NCBI GenBank assembly: GCA_035569495.1
Contig: DATMMX010000011.1
Coordinates: forward strand, 265,060 to 329,059
DNA from: Candidatus Angelobacter sp.
GTDB taxonomy: Bacteria; Chloroflexota; Dormibacteria; Aeolococcales; Aeolococcaceae
Direction: 5' to 3'
Length of the DNA: 64,000 nt
Shown: one piece after another, positions 28,866 through 38,942 of the stretch
How positions within the stretch are numbered: position 1 is the first letter of the stretch
How the letters are laid out: each line of letters starts with the position of its first letter
Translations under genes and position numbers: made by a program
The notes under the pieces: model-generated
Database searches by the model: none
Seen by the model: the letters and a program-made list of their open reading frames with translations, nothing else
What the model was told of the DNA's origin: nothing

Positions 28866-29365
28866 CAGGCCGTGCGCGCCGCTCGCGCCAGCGTGGCTCG
28901 TCGGTGCTGTACGTCGTCGTGCTCAGTCCGATACTGCTGCTCAGTCTCGCCCTGGCAACGGAAGTCGGCGGCCTGCAGATGCAGAAGGAGCGGCTGCGCA
29001 GCGCGCTCGACCAGTCCACGGTGGTCGCCGCGGCGGCGGCGGCGCGCGCGGGCAGCGCAGCCGGCATCGACGAGGCCCGCGCCGTCGCGGTGATGCGCGA
29101 GGTGCTCGCCGAGAACCTGTCGCCGCTGTCGTCCGCGTTTGCGGATGCGAGCGCATTCGGCATCGCTCGCGATGCCGACGTGGCGGTGGTGACCGACGTG
29201 CCCGCACCCGACCCCTTCGACTCCTCCGCGATGGTCCGCCACCCGAGCATCGAGGTGCGCGTGCACGTTCCGCTGCACACGGGCCTGTTCGGCGTCGCCG
29301 GACTGCCATCCGTGGAAACGCTGACCCTGACCTCCAGCGCCGCCCTGCGCGAGACCGGCGCGTGA
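28862..29365 (+). CDS. TadE/TadG-like pseudopilin.
   Basis: ATGA overlap with the previous gene. N-terminal RQRGSSVLYVVVLSPILLLSLALATEVG hydrophobic segment. Confidence 0.6.
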   Translation: MTGRARRSRQRGSSVLYVVVLSPILLLSLALATEVGGLQMQKERLRSALDQSTVVAAAAAARAGSAAGIDEARAVAVMREVLAENLSPLSSAFADASAFGIARDADVAVVTDVPAPDPFDSSAMVRHPSIEVRVHVPLHTGLFGVAGLPSVETLTLTSSAALRETGA

Positions 29366-29393
29366 CCCCATCCCCGACACGGAGCCCAGCCCG

Positions 29394-30089
29394 ATGAGAC
29401 GCACCATCTACCTCAGCCTCTTCCTGCTTCTCGCCCTAGCGGCGGGGACGCTGACGCTCCGCGCACAGCGAACCGTCGCCGTTCTGGTGGCCACCCACGA
29501 CGTTCGCGCGAGCCAGCAGGTCGCCGCCGGTGACGTGGAGGTGCGGCGCGTCCACGCCGACAGCGTCCCCACGGACGCACTGGCGACAACGGACGACGCG
29601 GTCGGCAGCTACGTCGCCTGGCCGCTCACCGCGGGTGAGCCGGTGCTCTCGCGCATGGTGCGGCGCGAGCGGTCGGGCATCGCCCTGACGGCGGCGATCA
29701 CCGTCCCCGACGGCTACCGCGCCGTGGCCGTGCCGGTGCAGCCGGCCGGGGCGGTGGGCGGCATGCTGTCGCCCGGCGACCACGTCGACGTGTACGCCAC
29801 GCCACTCGCGGGCCATGGCGCTGCCAATGCCCAAGCGGGAGCAAACAGTGGCAGCCTCGACGCCGCAAGCCCGGCCGCGGCGGTGCTCGGCCGCGACCTG
29901 CTCGTCCTGCAGCTTCGCACCGACCAGGGACAGCCGCTCGACGGCAGCGCCGACCAGTCGGTGCACGGGCTCAACTTCGGCGCCGGCAAGCTGGGCAGCG
30001 TGGTCATCGCCGTTCCCGCCGACGACGTGCCGAGGTTCGCGAGCGCGGCCGCGTCGGACAGCATCTTCCTCGCCCTCAGCGTGGGCTGA
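29394..30089 (+). CDS. CpaB/RcpC-like Flp pilus assembly protein (SAF domain).
   Basis: One N-terminal TM. VAVLVATHDVRASQQVAAGDVEVRRV...GYRAVAVPV...SPGDHVDVYAT typical CpaB. Confidence 0.75.
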   Translation: MRRTIYLSLFLLLALAAGTLTLRAQRTVAVLVATHDVRASQQVAAGDVEVRRVHADSVPTDALATTDDAVGSYVAWPLTAGEPVLSRMVRRERSGIALTAAITVPDGYRAVAVPVQPAGAVGGMLSPGDHVDVYATPLAGHGAANAQAGANSGSLDAASPAAAVLGRDLLVLQLRTDQGQPLDGSADQSVHGLNFGAGKLGSVVIAVPADDVPRFASAAASDSIFLALSVG

Positions 30090-32242
30090 TGCTCGCCCGC
30101 CTGTCCTCGCCCGCGGTCGACGTCCCGCGCGTCGACGGTGCATATGTGCACCGGACGGACGGCTGCGTCGCGAGCGTCGTCGAGTCGGGCGACGTCGACG
30201 TCACCGCGCTCGACGCCGCGCGGCACGGCGTCGCGGTGGCGGCGTTCGCGCGGCTGTGCCGCACCCTCGACTGCCCGTTGCAGATCGTCGTGCAGGTGCG
30301 CCGCTGGGTCGACGGCGACGACGCTGCCGTCCCGTGCGCATCCGACGCGCCCTCACTCGCGCACACACTGCGCGGCGCGAGCGCGGCGTACCGCCGCCGC
30401 ATGCTGGAACGGCGGCCCGCGTTCCGCCGCTCCATCCTCTTCGTGCCCAGCGCCGGAAGCACCGACGACCTCGACCGCGCCATCAGGCTCGTCCTCGACG
30501 CGCTGCGCACCGCGGGCGTCGGCGGCACCGTGCTCCACGACAGCACACTGCGCGCCCGGCTTGGCGAGGCAATGTGCACTCGCCACGTAGTCCACGACGG
30601 CGATGCGCCTGCGTTGCCACCATGGTCGCGCGGACGCACTCACGCACTCGCCGGGAACGCACACCTGCGCGCGGTCGTCCTGCGCCGCCTCCCGGGCGTC
30701 GCCGTCGAGCCCGGCTGGCTGGCGCCGCTCCTCGACGTGCGCGCCGAATGCGACATCAGCCTGCACATCACACCGGTCGGCGTCGGTGACGCCATGTCCA
30801 CCTTGGGCCGGCGCCTGCGCACACTGCGCGCCGACCAGCTCGTCGAGCTCGACCGCGAGTCCTACGGCGACGCGACCCTGGAGGCGGGCGTCGGCAGCGC
30901 CCTCGACCTGCGCTCGCGACTGGCCCGCAACGAGGGACGCGCGGCGCGCATCTCGCTGGTTGCAGTCGCTCGTGGCCAGAACATCGAGGCGCTCGACGCC
31001 GCCACCGAAGCCCTGCGCACCGCCGCAGCCGCAACGCTCGCCCACTGCGAGCTCGCCCACCTGCAGCACCTCGAAGCCGCGGCCTCCGCGTGGCCCGCCG
31101 GCCGCGACCTGCTCGACGCCACCAAGCTGGTCGACACCACCGCGCTGGCCACCTGCATCCCCTGGACCAGCAGCACCTGCGACGACCCCGGCGGCTACGC
31201 GCTCGGCGCGTCCACCACCACCGGCACGCCCATCCGCGTCGCCCCCTTCGACACCACGCATCACGGCAACGCCAACATCGCGGTGATCGCCGCGTCAGGG
31301 CAGGGCAAGAGCTACGCCATCGGCGCGCTGGTGCTCGAAGCCGCGGCGCGCGGCGTGGGCAGCGTGATCATCGACCCCGAGGGCGAGTACGAGCGCGTCG
31401 TCCGCGCCCTGGGCGGCGACTACGCAACCCTCGCGCCCGGCTGCGCCACCTCGCTCAACATCTTCGACGTCGGCGGCGACCAGCGCGCGGACACCGTTGC
31501 CGCCGTGGTCGAGCTGATCGCCGTGCTCTGCGGTGGCAGCCTCGACGAGGTCGAGCGCGCCCACGTCGACGCCGCGGCCACCGCGGCCATCAGCACAGCG
31601 AGCAGCCAGAGCCGCATCCCCGTCCTCGGCGACTGCCTCGACTCGCTCACCACCACCAGCCCGCGCGCCGCGCTGGTGCTGCGTCGCTTCTGCACCGGGC
31701 CGCTCGGCGAGCTGTTCAACCGGCCCACCTCCGCGCGGCTGGACGCGCAGGTCGTCGGCGTGTCACTGCGCGACCTCGCCGCCGAGCTGGTCCCCGCCGC
31801 GACGCTGATCGTCGCCGAGTGGCTGTGGTCGCTGGTGCGTCGAGACCGCCGTGAGCGCCACGTGGTGTTCGACGAGGTCGGCCTGCTCTGTGCCCATCCG
31901 CCGCTGCGCACACTGCTGGTCCAGCTCGCGCGGCGGTGTCGCAAGTACGGCGCCTCGCTGGTCGTCGCCACCCAGAACGCGGGTGACCTGCTGGCCACGC
32001 CCGAGGGAACGGTGGTCGCCACCAACCCGGCGATCGTCCTGCTCGGCGGCCACCGCGGTGCGGAGACGGCGCGCATGGAGGAGGCGTACGCGCTGACCAC
32101 CGCGCAGCGCCGCTTCCTGGAGAGCGCGGGACGCGGCGACTTCCTGCTCCTCGCCGGAGCGAGACGGCTGCCGGTCCACGTCGAGGTGTCGCCGCTGCAC
32201 CACGCGCTGCTCACCGGCCAGCCCATGGGGCGGGCGGAATAA
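30089..32242 (+). CDS. VirB4/TrbE/CagE-family (AAA_10/DUF87-type) secretion ATPase, 717 aa, translationally coupled (ATGA) to cpaB inside the Tad operon.
   Basis: Walker A IAASGQGKSYAIGAL followed by SVIIDPEGEYE. Walker B HVVFDEVGLL followed by RRCRKYGASLVVATQNAGDLL. The roughly 390-aa N-terminal domain before the P-loop matches the VirB4 architecture. Confidence 0.65.
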   Translation: MLARLSSPAVDVPRVDGAYVHRTDGCVASVVESGDVDVTALDAARHGVAVAAFARLCRTLDCPLQIVVQVRRWVDGDDAAVPCASDAPSLAHTLRGASAAYRRRMLERRPAFRRSILFVPSAGSTDDLDRAIRLVLDALRTAGVGGTVLHDSTLRARLGEAMCTRHVVHDGDAPALPPWSRGRTHALAGNAHLRAVVLRRLPGVAVEPGWLAPLLDVRAECDISLHITPVGVGDAMSTLGRRLRTLRADQLVELDRESYGDATLEAGVGSALDLRSRLARNEGRAARISLVAVARGQNIEALDAATEALRTAAAATLAHCELAHLQHLEAAASAWPAGRDLLDATKLVDTTALATCIPWTSSTCDDPGGYALGASTTTGTPIRVAPFDTTHHGNANIAVIAASGQGKSYAIGALVLEAAARGVGSVIIDPEGEYERVVRALGGDYATLAPGCATSLNIFDVGGDQRADTVAAVVELIAVLCGGSLDEVERAHVDAAATAAISTASSQSRIPVLGDCLDSLTTTSPRAALVLRRFCTGPLGELFNRPTSARLDAQVVGVSLRDLAAELVPAATLIVAEWLWSLVRRDRRERHVVFDEVGLLCAHPPLRTLLVQLARRCRKYGASLVVATQNAGDLLATPEGTVVATNPAIVLLGGHRGAETARMEEAYALTTAQRRFLESAGRGDFLLLAGARRLPVHVEVSPLHHALLTGQPMGRAE

Positions 32243-32287
32243 GATGTGCGGCCACGCCGGACGCCCAAGGGAGGCAGCGCACCGCCG

Positions 32288-32671
32288 ATGGCCATGCAGA
32301 CCGAGTTCACGGTCATCCTCGAAGACCGTCCGGGCACCGCCGCGCTGGTCGGCGAGACGCTGGGGCGCGCGCAGGTCAACATCGACGGGCTCAGCCTCTT
32401 CACCAGCGGCGGGGTCGCCATCCTCCACGTGATGGTCGCGCCCCAGGAGGTCGAGCAGGCGCGCACCGCACTGCAGACGGCGCGGATCGACCTGCACGGC
32501 GAGCGCCCCGTCTGGGTCTCCCAGCTCGCCGACCGCCCGGGCGAGATGGGCCGCCTGCTCCACGTCCTCGCCGACGCCGACGTCAACTGCGACCTGCTCT
32601 ACCTCGACGCCCACGGCCGCCTGGTGATCGGCGCCGAGGACATGGAGTCGGTCTCGCACCTGCTGAGCTGA
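32288..32671 (+). CDS. ACT-domain protein.
   Basis: EFTVILEDRPGTAALVGETLGRAQVNIDGL ... GEMGRLLHVLADADVNCDLLY, two ACT-like halves. AAGGGAGG upstream. Confidence 0.55.
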   Translation: MAMQTEFTVILEDRPGTAALVGETLGRAQVNIDGLSLFTSGGVAILHVMVAPQEVEQARTALQTARIDLHGERPVWVSQLADRPGEMGRLLHVLADADVNCDLLYLDAHGRLVIGAEDMESVSHLLS

Positions 32672-32726
32672 TCGCACGCATTGGTGCGGGTGGCGGCGCG
32701 GGTCTACCGAGGCTTCGACGACATCC

Positions 32727-33398
32727 TCATGGCGCTGACCGGTCTGGCCGCGGGCTGGTGGCTGCACCACCGGCCTCTGCGCGACGAACCAGCTCGATCA
32801 CGTCCGCAGGGGCGGTGCGCAGCGAGCCGGCGTTGAAGGGCGGCTGCGGGTCGTACTCGATGGAGAGCTGGATCGCCTGAGCGACGCGCTCACCGGCGAG
32901 CCGGGCCGCCAGGAGCAGTGCCATGTCGATCCCCGCCGACACGCCCGCCGCGGTGATCACCCTCGCCTCCTCGACGACCACCACCCGCCGCTCGACCGGC
33001 ACCGCGCCGAGGCTGCCCAGCAGCTCCATCGCCGCCCAGTGGGTGGTCGCCTCCAGCCCGGTGAGCACGCCCGCGGCGGCGAGCACCAGCGACCCGGTGC
33101 ACACCGAGGTGGTCCACCGCGAGGTCTGATGCACGGCCCTCACCCAATCGACCAGCGGCCCACCGGCGAGCAGGGCGCGGGTGCCGAAGCCGCCGGGCAC
33201 AACGACGATCTCCGGCGCCCTCACCTCCGACAGGGCCGCGTCCGCCACCAGGGCGAGCTGGCCGTTCTCGGTGCGGTACTCGCCGGGTCGCTCGGCGACG
33301 AAGCGCACCGTCGTCCCGGGCAGGCGGCTGAGCACCTCGTAGGGCCCGACGGCGTCGAGCGCCGTGATCCGGTCGAAGATGGGGATGGCGACGTCCAT
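32727..33398 (-). CDS. DJ-1/PfpI-family protein (class I glutamine amidotransferase-like).
   Basis: VVVPGGFGTRALL...SVCTGSLVLAAAGVLTG (nucleophile elbow Cys)...THW. Confidence 0.8.
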   Translation of the reverse strand: MDVAIPIFDRITALDAVGPYEVLSRLPGTTVRFVAERPGEYRTENGQLALVADAALSEVRAPEIVVVPGGFGTRALLAGGPLVDWVRAVHQTSRWTTSVCTGSLVLAAAGVLTGLEATTHWAAMELLGSLGAVPVERRVVVVEEARVITAAGVSAGIDMALLLAARLAGERVAQAIQLSIEYDPQPPFNAGSLRTAPADVIELVRRAEAGGAATSPRPDRSAP

Positions 33399-33420
33399 GC
33401 TGCTACTCTCCCACGCCGCA

Positions 33421-34206
33421 ATGACCGCGAGCGACTGGGACGGCAGCACCTACCACCGCGTCAGCGGGCCGCAGCTCGGCTGGGGCCGCAAGGTGCTCGC
33501 CCGCCTCGACCTGCGCGGCGACGAGACGGTGATCGACGCCGGCTGCGGCTCGGGCCGGCTCACCGCCGAGCTGCTCGACCGCCTGCCCGGCGGCCGGGTG
33601 ATTGCCGTCGACGCCTCGCCGAGCATGCTGAAGGTCGCCGCCCGCGAGCTGGAGCGCTTCGGCGACCGGGTCGAGCTGGTCCACTCCGACCTGCTCGCCC
33701 TCGACATGGACCGGGTCGCCGACGTGATCGTCAGCACCGCGACCTTCCACTGGGTGCTCGACCATCCCGCTCTGTTCGCCCGCCTCCACAGCGCGCTCAG
33801 GCCGGGCGGCCGCCTGCTCGCCCAGTGCGGCGGCGACGGCAACCTCGACCGCATCCGCGGCCGCGCCCGCCGCCTCCTCGAGGCCGAGCCCTTCGCGCCG
33901 CACATGGCCGGGTTCACCCCGCCCTGGGAGTACGCCGACCCGCAGACCACCGCGCAGCGCCTCACCGCAGCGGGCTTCACCGAGGTCAGCACCGGCGCCG
34001 AGGACGCCCTCACCGTGCTCGACAGCGAGCCCGCCTACCGCGAGTTCCTGGCCACCGTGATCATGCGCCCCTACCTCGACGCGCTCCCCGACGACCGGCT
34101 GCGGACGCGCCTGCTCGACGCCATGTCCGCGGAGGCGCGGACCGACGACCCGCCCTGGTCGCTCGACTACCGCCGCCTCAACATGGACGCCCGGCGACCC
34201 GCCTGA
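33421..34206 (+). CDS. SAM-dependent methyltransferase, trans-aconitate 2-methyltransferase (Tam)-like.
   Basis: WDGSTYHRVSGPQLGWGRKVL, VIDAGCGSGRLT, VIAVDASPSML. Confidence 0.7.
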   Translation: MTASDWDGSTYHRVSGPQLGWGRKVLARLDLRGDETVIDAGCGSGRLTAELLDRLPGGRVIAVDASPSMLKVAARELERFGDRVELVHSDLLALDMDRVADVIVSTATFHWVLDHPALFARLHSALRPGGRLLAQCGGDGNLDRIRGRARRLLEAEPFAPHMAGFTPPWEYADPQTTAQRLTAAGFTEVSTGAEDALTVLDSEPAYREFLATVIMRPYLDALPDDRLRTRLLDAMSAEARTDDPPWSLDYRRLNMDARRPA

Positions 34207-34346
34207 CCCGGCAGGGGAGGCGAAGGTGATAGCGCCGCTTGGGGGTTGTCCCCAGCGTTATCCACACAATCCACTGCCCGTCCCACGTCTTTCCACTCCC
34301 CCACGGCGCGGGAAAAAAGGTGAGAACGCCGCTATCCCGTGGTCGT

Positions 34347-35006
34347 CTACTGGCCGCCGGACGAGTCGGGGGCGATGCCCTCGGACGGCGGCGAGGGCGA
34401 CGCCTCCTCCGCAGCCAGCTCGATCTCGGCCGCCTCTTCGCGGACACGGACCGGGGCGATCTTGACCACCACCTCGGACGGGTCGGCGTGCACCAGGGCG
34501 ACGTTCTTGGGCAGCTCGATCTCGCCGAGGGTGATCGACTGGTCGACCTCGGTCAGCCCGCTGACGTCGACGGTGAGCTGGGCGGGCAGGTCACCCGGCA
34601 GCGACTCGACGCGCACCGTCGAGATCACCTGCTGGATCTGGCCGATCCTGTCCCGAACCGCCGGCGACTCGCCGACCACGATCACCGGGACCTCCGAGGT
34701 GATCTTCTCGCGCAGGTTGACCGCGAAGAAGTCGACGTGGAGCATGCGCCCGCTGCGCGGGTGGATCTGCAGGTCCTTGATCAGCGCCTTGCGCGCCGAC
34801 TTCTGGCCCTCGACACGCAGGTCGACGAGGTGGGTGCGCCCGGCGTGATGCCAGGTGCGCTCCATCTCCTTGGCGTCGACGGTCAGCGCGACCGGGGCCA
34901 CCTTGTGGCCGTAGAGCACGGCGGGGACACCGCCCTCGCGGCGCAGGTGATGCACGTGGCGTCCGGTTTCGCTGCGCGGGCGCGCGCTCAGGGAGATGCT
35001 GTCCAT
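34347..35006 (-). CDS. rplY: 50S ribosomal protein L25 / general stress protein Ctc.
   Basis: RSETGRHVHHLRREGGVPAVLYGH...VKDLQIHPRSGRMLHVDFF, acidic C-terminal extension. Confidence 0.85.
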   Translation of the reverse strand: MDSISLSARPRSETGRHVHHLRREGGVPAVLYGHKVAPVALTVDAKEMERTWHHAGRTHLVDLRVEGQKSARKALIKDLQIHPRSGRMLHVDFFAVNLREKITSEVPVIVVGESPAVRDRIGQIQQVISTVRVESLPGDLPAQLTVDVSGLTEVDQSITLGEIELPKNVALVHADPSEVVVKIAPVRVREEAAEIELAAEEASPSPPSEGIAPDSSGGQ

Positions 35007-35041
35007 GGTTGTGGCCGTCCTTTAGCCGGGATGCGAAAGAG

Positions 35042-35476
35042 CTACGCGGTGGCCGTCTGGCCGAAGCGCTGGCGAACGAACTCGACCGCCTCGTCGAGGG
35101 AGGTGCCCGGCGTGAACACCTTCTCGACACCCATGTCGGTCAGAGTCTTGACGTCGTCGTCGGGGATGATGCCGCCGCCGAAGACCACGATGTCCTCGGC
35201 GCCCTTCTCCTTGAGCAGGCGCAGGATCTCGGGGAACAGGGTCATGTGCGCGCCGCTCAGGATGCTGATGCCGATGCCGTCGACGTCCTCCTGGATGGCG
35301 GTCTCGACCACCATCTCCGGGGTCTGGTGCAAACCGGTGTAGATCACCTCGACGCCCGCGTCGCGGAGGGCGCGGGAGATGACCTTGATGCCCCGGTCAT
35401 GCCCGTCGAGCCCCACCTTGGCGGTGAGGATGCGGATCTTCCTGCCGGGCCCGGCGGACGCGTCAGCGCTGGTCAT
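35042..35476 (-). CDS. Cobalamin (B12)-binding domain protein, methylmalonyl-CoA mutase small-subunit type.
   Basis: [38 protein letters not shown]...[14 protein letters not shown] (DxHxxG B12-binding motif). Confidence 0.8.
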   Translation of the reverse strand: MTSADASAGPGRKIRILTAKVGLDGHDRGIKVISRALRDAGVEVIYTGLHQTPEMVVETAIQEDVDGIGISILSGAHMTLFPEILRLLKEKGAEDIVVFGGGIIPDDDVKTLTDMGVEKVFTPGTSLDEAVEFVRQRFGQTATA

Positions 35477-36236
35477 GGCTGGGCGATTCTATCGCCGTCG
35501 CCTGTTCTGGCCGCGAGGGAAGCAGCTCGCGGGTGCGCCGGGCGAGGGCTCGGGCGACGTCGCGGACCGGCTCGGGCGGCGGTTCGATGCCGGCCCCGCT
35601 GCCGCTGTGTGCGCCGGCCAGGGCGGCGGCGAGGCTGAGGGCGACGCTCAGGTCCTCGCCGTAGCTCAGCAGCTCCTCGAGCACGGCGGGCACGGTGGCG
35701 TCGGTGCGGACCAGCGCGGTGATGGCGATCTGCAGCGCCGCACCTGGGTCGGCGTCGCCGCGCAGTGGGGCGTCGTCGGGGAGCGGCTGGAGGCGATGGA
35801 GCAGGCCGCTGGGGGCCTCTTCGAGCAGCGTCTGGTGGAGGCGGGTGAGGCACCAGTCCAGATCGAAGCGGAGCAGGTCGGCGGCCAGCACGGCGGCGGC
35901 GACGGCGGTCATCGCCGTGCCCTCGTCGGCCTGGGCGAGCCGGGCGACGCGGTGGGCGCTGCGGCGCAGGGTGGGGCGGTCGGCGGGGGTGAGCAGGCCG
36001 TAGGCGAGCGCGGGGAGAAGGACGCCGGCCAGGCCGCTGGGCGGACGGGCGTCGAGGCTGCGAGTGCGCAGGTCGTCAGGGTCGTAGCCGCCGGTCGCCG
36101 CGGCCGATTCGGCGGCGGCGAGGAGCAGCGCGGCGCCGGTGGGCACACCCGCCTGGCGCTCGCCCTCGACCGCGCCGGCGAGGGCGGCGAGGATCCGGGC
36201 GTCGAGGTCCTCGACGACATATCTCATGCGGAGCAA
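35463..36236 (-). CDS. Hypothetical Ala-rich protein, possibly distantly ADP-ribosylglycohydrolase-like. Overlaps the B12-binding gene start, so likely co-transcribed.
   Basis: Stop/start overlap with 35042..35476. Composition biased, so the family assignment is weak. Confidence 0.35.
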   Translation of the reverse strand: MLRMRYVVEDLDARILAALAGAVEGERQAGVPTGAALLLAAAESAAATGGYDPDDLRTRSLDARPPSGLAGVLLPALAYGLLTPADRPTLRRSAHRVARLAQADEGTAMTAVAAAVLAADLLRFDLDWCLTRLHQTLLEEAPSGLLHRLQPLPDDAPLRGDADPGAALQIAITALVRTDATVPAVLEELLSYGEDLSVALSLAAALAGAHSGSGAGIEPPPEPVRDVARALARRTRELLPSRPEQATAIESPSHDQR

Positions 36237-36253
36237 CGCTATCCTTTCGAGCC

Positions 36254-36694
36254 GTGTCGGTGTCCACCTCGACCGGTCAGCTGCTGGCCCGGGCCCTGCG
36301 GCGCAGCGCGCCGTCGATGACCCGGGCGGTGGTGTCGACCGTGCTCGACCCGCAGCGGCGGCGGGCGGTGGTGGAGGCGCTGGCGCGGTTCGAGCAGGGG
36401 GTGGCGCCGGTCGGGGCGGCGCGGCATCCGATGGCGCCGGCGGCGGTGCGGGTGGAGCGGACGCGCAGTCGCGGGCGGAGGTCCGAGGCGGAGCAGGTGG
36501 CGGTGACGATGTGGTTTGGGGAGGGGCCGGCGCTGCCGGCGGCGGGGGGGAGGTTTGGGCGAGGCGCCGTGCGCGTGGGGGCGGGGGTGGTCAGTGCGGC
36601 GGCGGTGGCGGCGGCGAGCACTCTGGTGACGCGGTGGGTGGAGAGGGAGCGGGTGCCGCGCGTTGTTGGCGGGGAATCCGCACGGCTTCACTGA
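36254..36694 (+). CDS. Doubtful ORF in a 500-bp gap with (GGC)n-like low complexity.
   Basis: No RBS. Ala/Gly/Arg-rich translation. Listed only because the gap is otherwise empty. Confidence 0.15.
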   Translation: MSVSTSTGQLLARALRRSAPSMTRAVVSTVLDPQRRRAVVEALARFEQGVAPVGAARHPMAPAAVRVERTRSRGRRSEAEQVAVTMWFGEGPALPAAGGRFGRGAVRVGAGVVSAAAVAAASTLVTRWVERERVPRVVGGESARLH

Positions 36695-36748
36695 TTGGGT
36701 GCGGCTGAGGTCGTCCCTAGGGAAATTTTCCTGAGGGCTTTTGCCAGT

Positions 36749-37594
36749 TCAGTCCTGTAACCAGGCCATCAGTGTGGGCCCACGCCGCTTCCTGTCCGCG
36801 CGCGGAAGGGTGCGCAGGTTGCTGCCATCCGTGACCAATACGTCGCGGCTCACCGGGGTCATCGCGTCCCGGTAGGCCTGCTGGACGCGGCGGGCGAAGC
36901 GGTCGGCGCCGGGTGACGAGGCCGGGATGGCCAGCACCAGCGCCCGGTCGGGAACCCCGATGAGCACATCGCCCCCCGCGCGGTCGGCGAAGGCGCGCAG
37001 CACGTCGGGAACCAGCAACAGGCTGCTGGCGAAGAGCGGATCGCCCGCGTACTGCCAGCCGTCCCCCGGCACCCGCTCGGCGCTGCGCACGCGCTCGGCG
37101 ACGGAGGCGAAGCGGGCGGCGGTGTTGGCGTCCGCCGCGGCGGCGACCGCGGCGCCGTCGAAGCCGCGCTGCTCCCACTCGCCCCGCGGGACGCCCCGCA
37201 TGATCGCGCCGGGCAGCGCCTCGGCCACGAAGGCGACCAGGTCACCGCCGACGTCGCGGCGCAGCAGCTCGGCGGAGCGGCTCAGCTCGTCGAGGTACGA
37301 GCGGCTGCGCACACACCAGAGCACCCGCGCCGGCGAGAACCCGGCGCCCGGCGGCGGCTGCATCCGTCCTTCGACCGCGCGCACGAAGTCGGCGATCAAC
37401 GACGAGGTGCGCTGCGGCTCGCGGACCACGGCGTTCTCCAGTGCCGCCAGCGGCAGGGTGGCGTCGACGCCGCCGCCGGTCAGCCGCAGGGCGAAGCGCG
37501 GGGCGTCGACGGTGACCGTCTGCTCGCGATAGCGCGCCTGGAGCTGCAGGCGGAGGCGCTCGGCGAAGGCGGCGCGCTCCTCGGCGGTGCTCAT
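36749..37594 (-). CDS. Hypothetical protein (281 aa).
   Basis: ATG at 37594. Protein-like sequence MSTAEERAAFAERLRLQLQARYREQTVTV.... The upstream part of the listed 490-aa ORF is junk. Confidence 0.5.
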   Translation of the reverse strand: MSTAEERAAFAERLRLQLQARYREQTVTVDAPRFALRLTGGGVDATLPLAALENAVVREPQRTSSLIADFVRAVEGRMQPPPGAGFSPARVLWCVRSRSYLDELSRSAELLRRDVGGDLVAFVAEALPGAIMRGVPRGEWEQRGFDGAAVAAAADANTAARFASVAERVRSAERVPGDGWQYAGDPLFASSLLLVPDVLRAFADRAGGDVLIGVPDRALVLAIPASSPGADRFARRVQQAYRDAMTPVSRDVLVTDGSNLRTLPRADRKRRGPTLMAWLQD

Positions 37595-37649
37595 GTCTCC
37601 CAGTGTGCCGCACCGGCTGGAGGTGCCGATCTGCGCCGCGGGCCGCACA

Positions 37650-38918
37650 ATGCGGGGCGTGGAGTCGCGCGCGGTGTCGAGACATGCCTCCAGCGAGGAC
37701 GGGCCGGGCGGACACGACGCCGCCGCCCTGCTGACCCAGGAGCTGGGACGCCTGCTGGAGCTGCAGCGCAGTGGCGCCTCCCAAGCCGTGCTGGCGCCGG
37801 AGGCCGCGACGGCAGCCCGCCGCTGTCTGCGCGCGCACCGCACCGCGGCGACCGGCTTCACCACCGAGACCTGGGTGTGCACGCCCGGCAGCGGCGCCCA
37901 ACCCGGCGAGCTGAGCTCGGCGGAGCGCCACGCCGCGGACGCCGCGCTTGCGCAGGGCCTCCCGGTGCTGGTGGGCGGGGTGCTCGCCGTCCCCTGCCTG
38001 GCGGGCGAGCGGCGGCTCGGCGCCATGCTGGCCAGCGTCTCGCCGCGCCGGGCGGAGCGTGGCATCACGGCCGAGGCGGCCGCCGTCCTGCTCGCCCTCG
38101 GCACCGTGGTCGGCGCGGCGACGGGCCTTCCGTCCAGCGCGGTGGACAGCGAGAACGAGGCCCTCCGCGCCGAGGCGCACCGGGCCGCCGAGCTGGAGCG
38201 GGCCAAGTCGAACCTGCTCAACCTGGCGGCGCACGAGCTGCGCGGCCCGGTCGCCGTCGCTCGCGGCTACGCCTCGATGCTCGCCGACAGCAGCTTCGAG
38301 AAGGCCGACCTCCAGGCCACCCGGCGGGCGGCGGAGGTGGTCGTCGCCAAGCTCGGCGAGGTCAACAACCTGATCGACCAGATGCTCGAATCGGCGCGCC
38401 TCGACGACCAGCGGCTGGAGCTGGCCGTCCGCCGCTTCGACGTGCGCGCCACCATCCGCCAGGTGGCGGCGACCATCGCCCCGCTCGCCCACCGCCACGC
38501 CATCAGGATCAACCGGCTCGACGAGCCGCTGACCGTGGACGCCGACCCCGAGCGGGTCGCCACCATCCTCACCAACCTGCTCGACAACGCCTGCAAGTAC
38601 TCACCCGGTGGCGAGGACGTCGACGTTCGCCTGCGGCGGCACGGGGAGATGGTGGAGGTGGTCGTCACCGACCACGGCTTCGGCATCTCCGCGGAGGACC
38701 TGCCGCGGGTGTTCGAGCGGTTCAGCCGGATCGTCACCGCCGAGAACAGCCACATCCAGGGCACCGGCCTCGGCCTCCACCTCTGCCGCGAGCTGGCACG
38801 GATGCACGGCGGCGACATCACGGTGCGCTCCCGGCTCGGCCACGGCAGCACCTTCACCCTGTCGCTGCCCGCCGCGCCGGAGGATCAGCCGGCCTCGGAG
38901 GCCGGCTCGGCGAGGTAG
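37650..38918 (+). CDS. Sensor histidine kinase with an N-terminal GAF-like domain.
   Basis: HisKA LAAHELRGPVAVARGYASML. HATPase_c LLDNACKYSPGG...VTDHGFGI...GTGLGLHLCRELARMHGG. Confidence 0.8.
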   Translation: MRGVESRAVSRHASSEDGPGGHDAAALLTQELGRLLELQRSGASQAVLAPEAATAARRCLRAHRTAATGFTTETWVCTPGSGAQPGELSSAERHAADAALAQGLPVLVGGVLAVPCLAGERRLGAMLASVSPRRAERGITAEAAAVLLALGTVVGAATGLPSSAVDSENEALRAEAHRAAELERAKSNLLNLAAHELRGPVAVARGYASMLADSSFEKADLQATRRAAEVVVAKLGEVNNLIDQMLESARLDDQRLELAVRRFDVRATIRQVAATIAPLAHRHAIRINRLDEPLTVDADPERVATILTNLLDNACKYSPGGEDVDVRLRRHGEMVEVVVTDHGFGISAEDLPRVFERFSRIVTAENSHIQGTGLGLHLCRELARMHGGDITVRSRLGHGSTFTLSLPAAPEDQPASEAGSAR

Positions 38919-38942
38919 CGCTCGGCGGGACGTAGCGGACGC

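Noticed and set aside
36400-36660. GGC/GCG-rich low-complexity stretch
   Set aside because: Not a regular tandem repeat. Probably just extreme-GC intergenic or coding bias.
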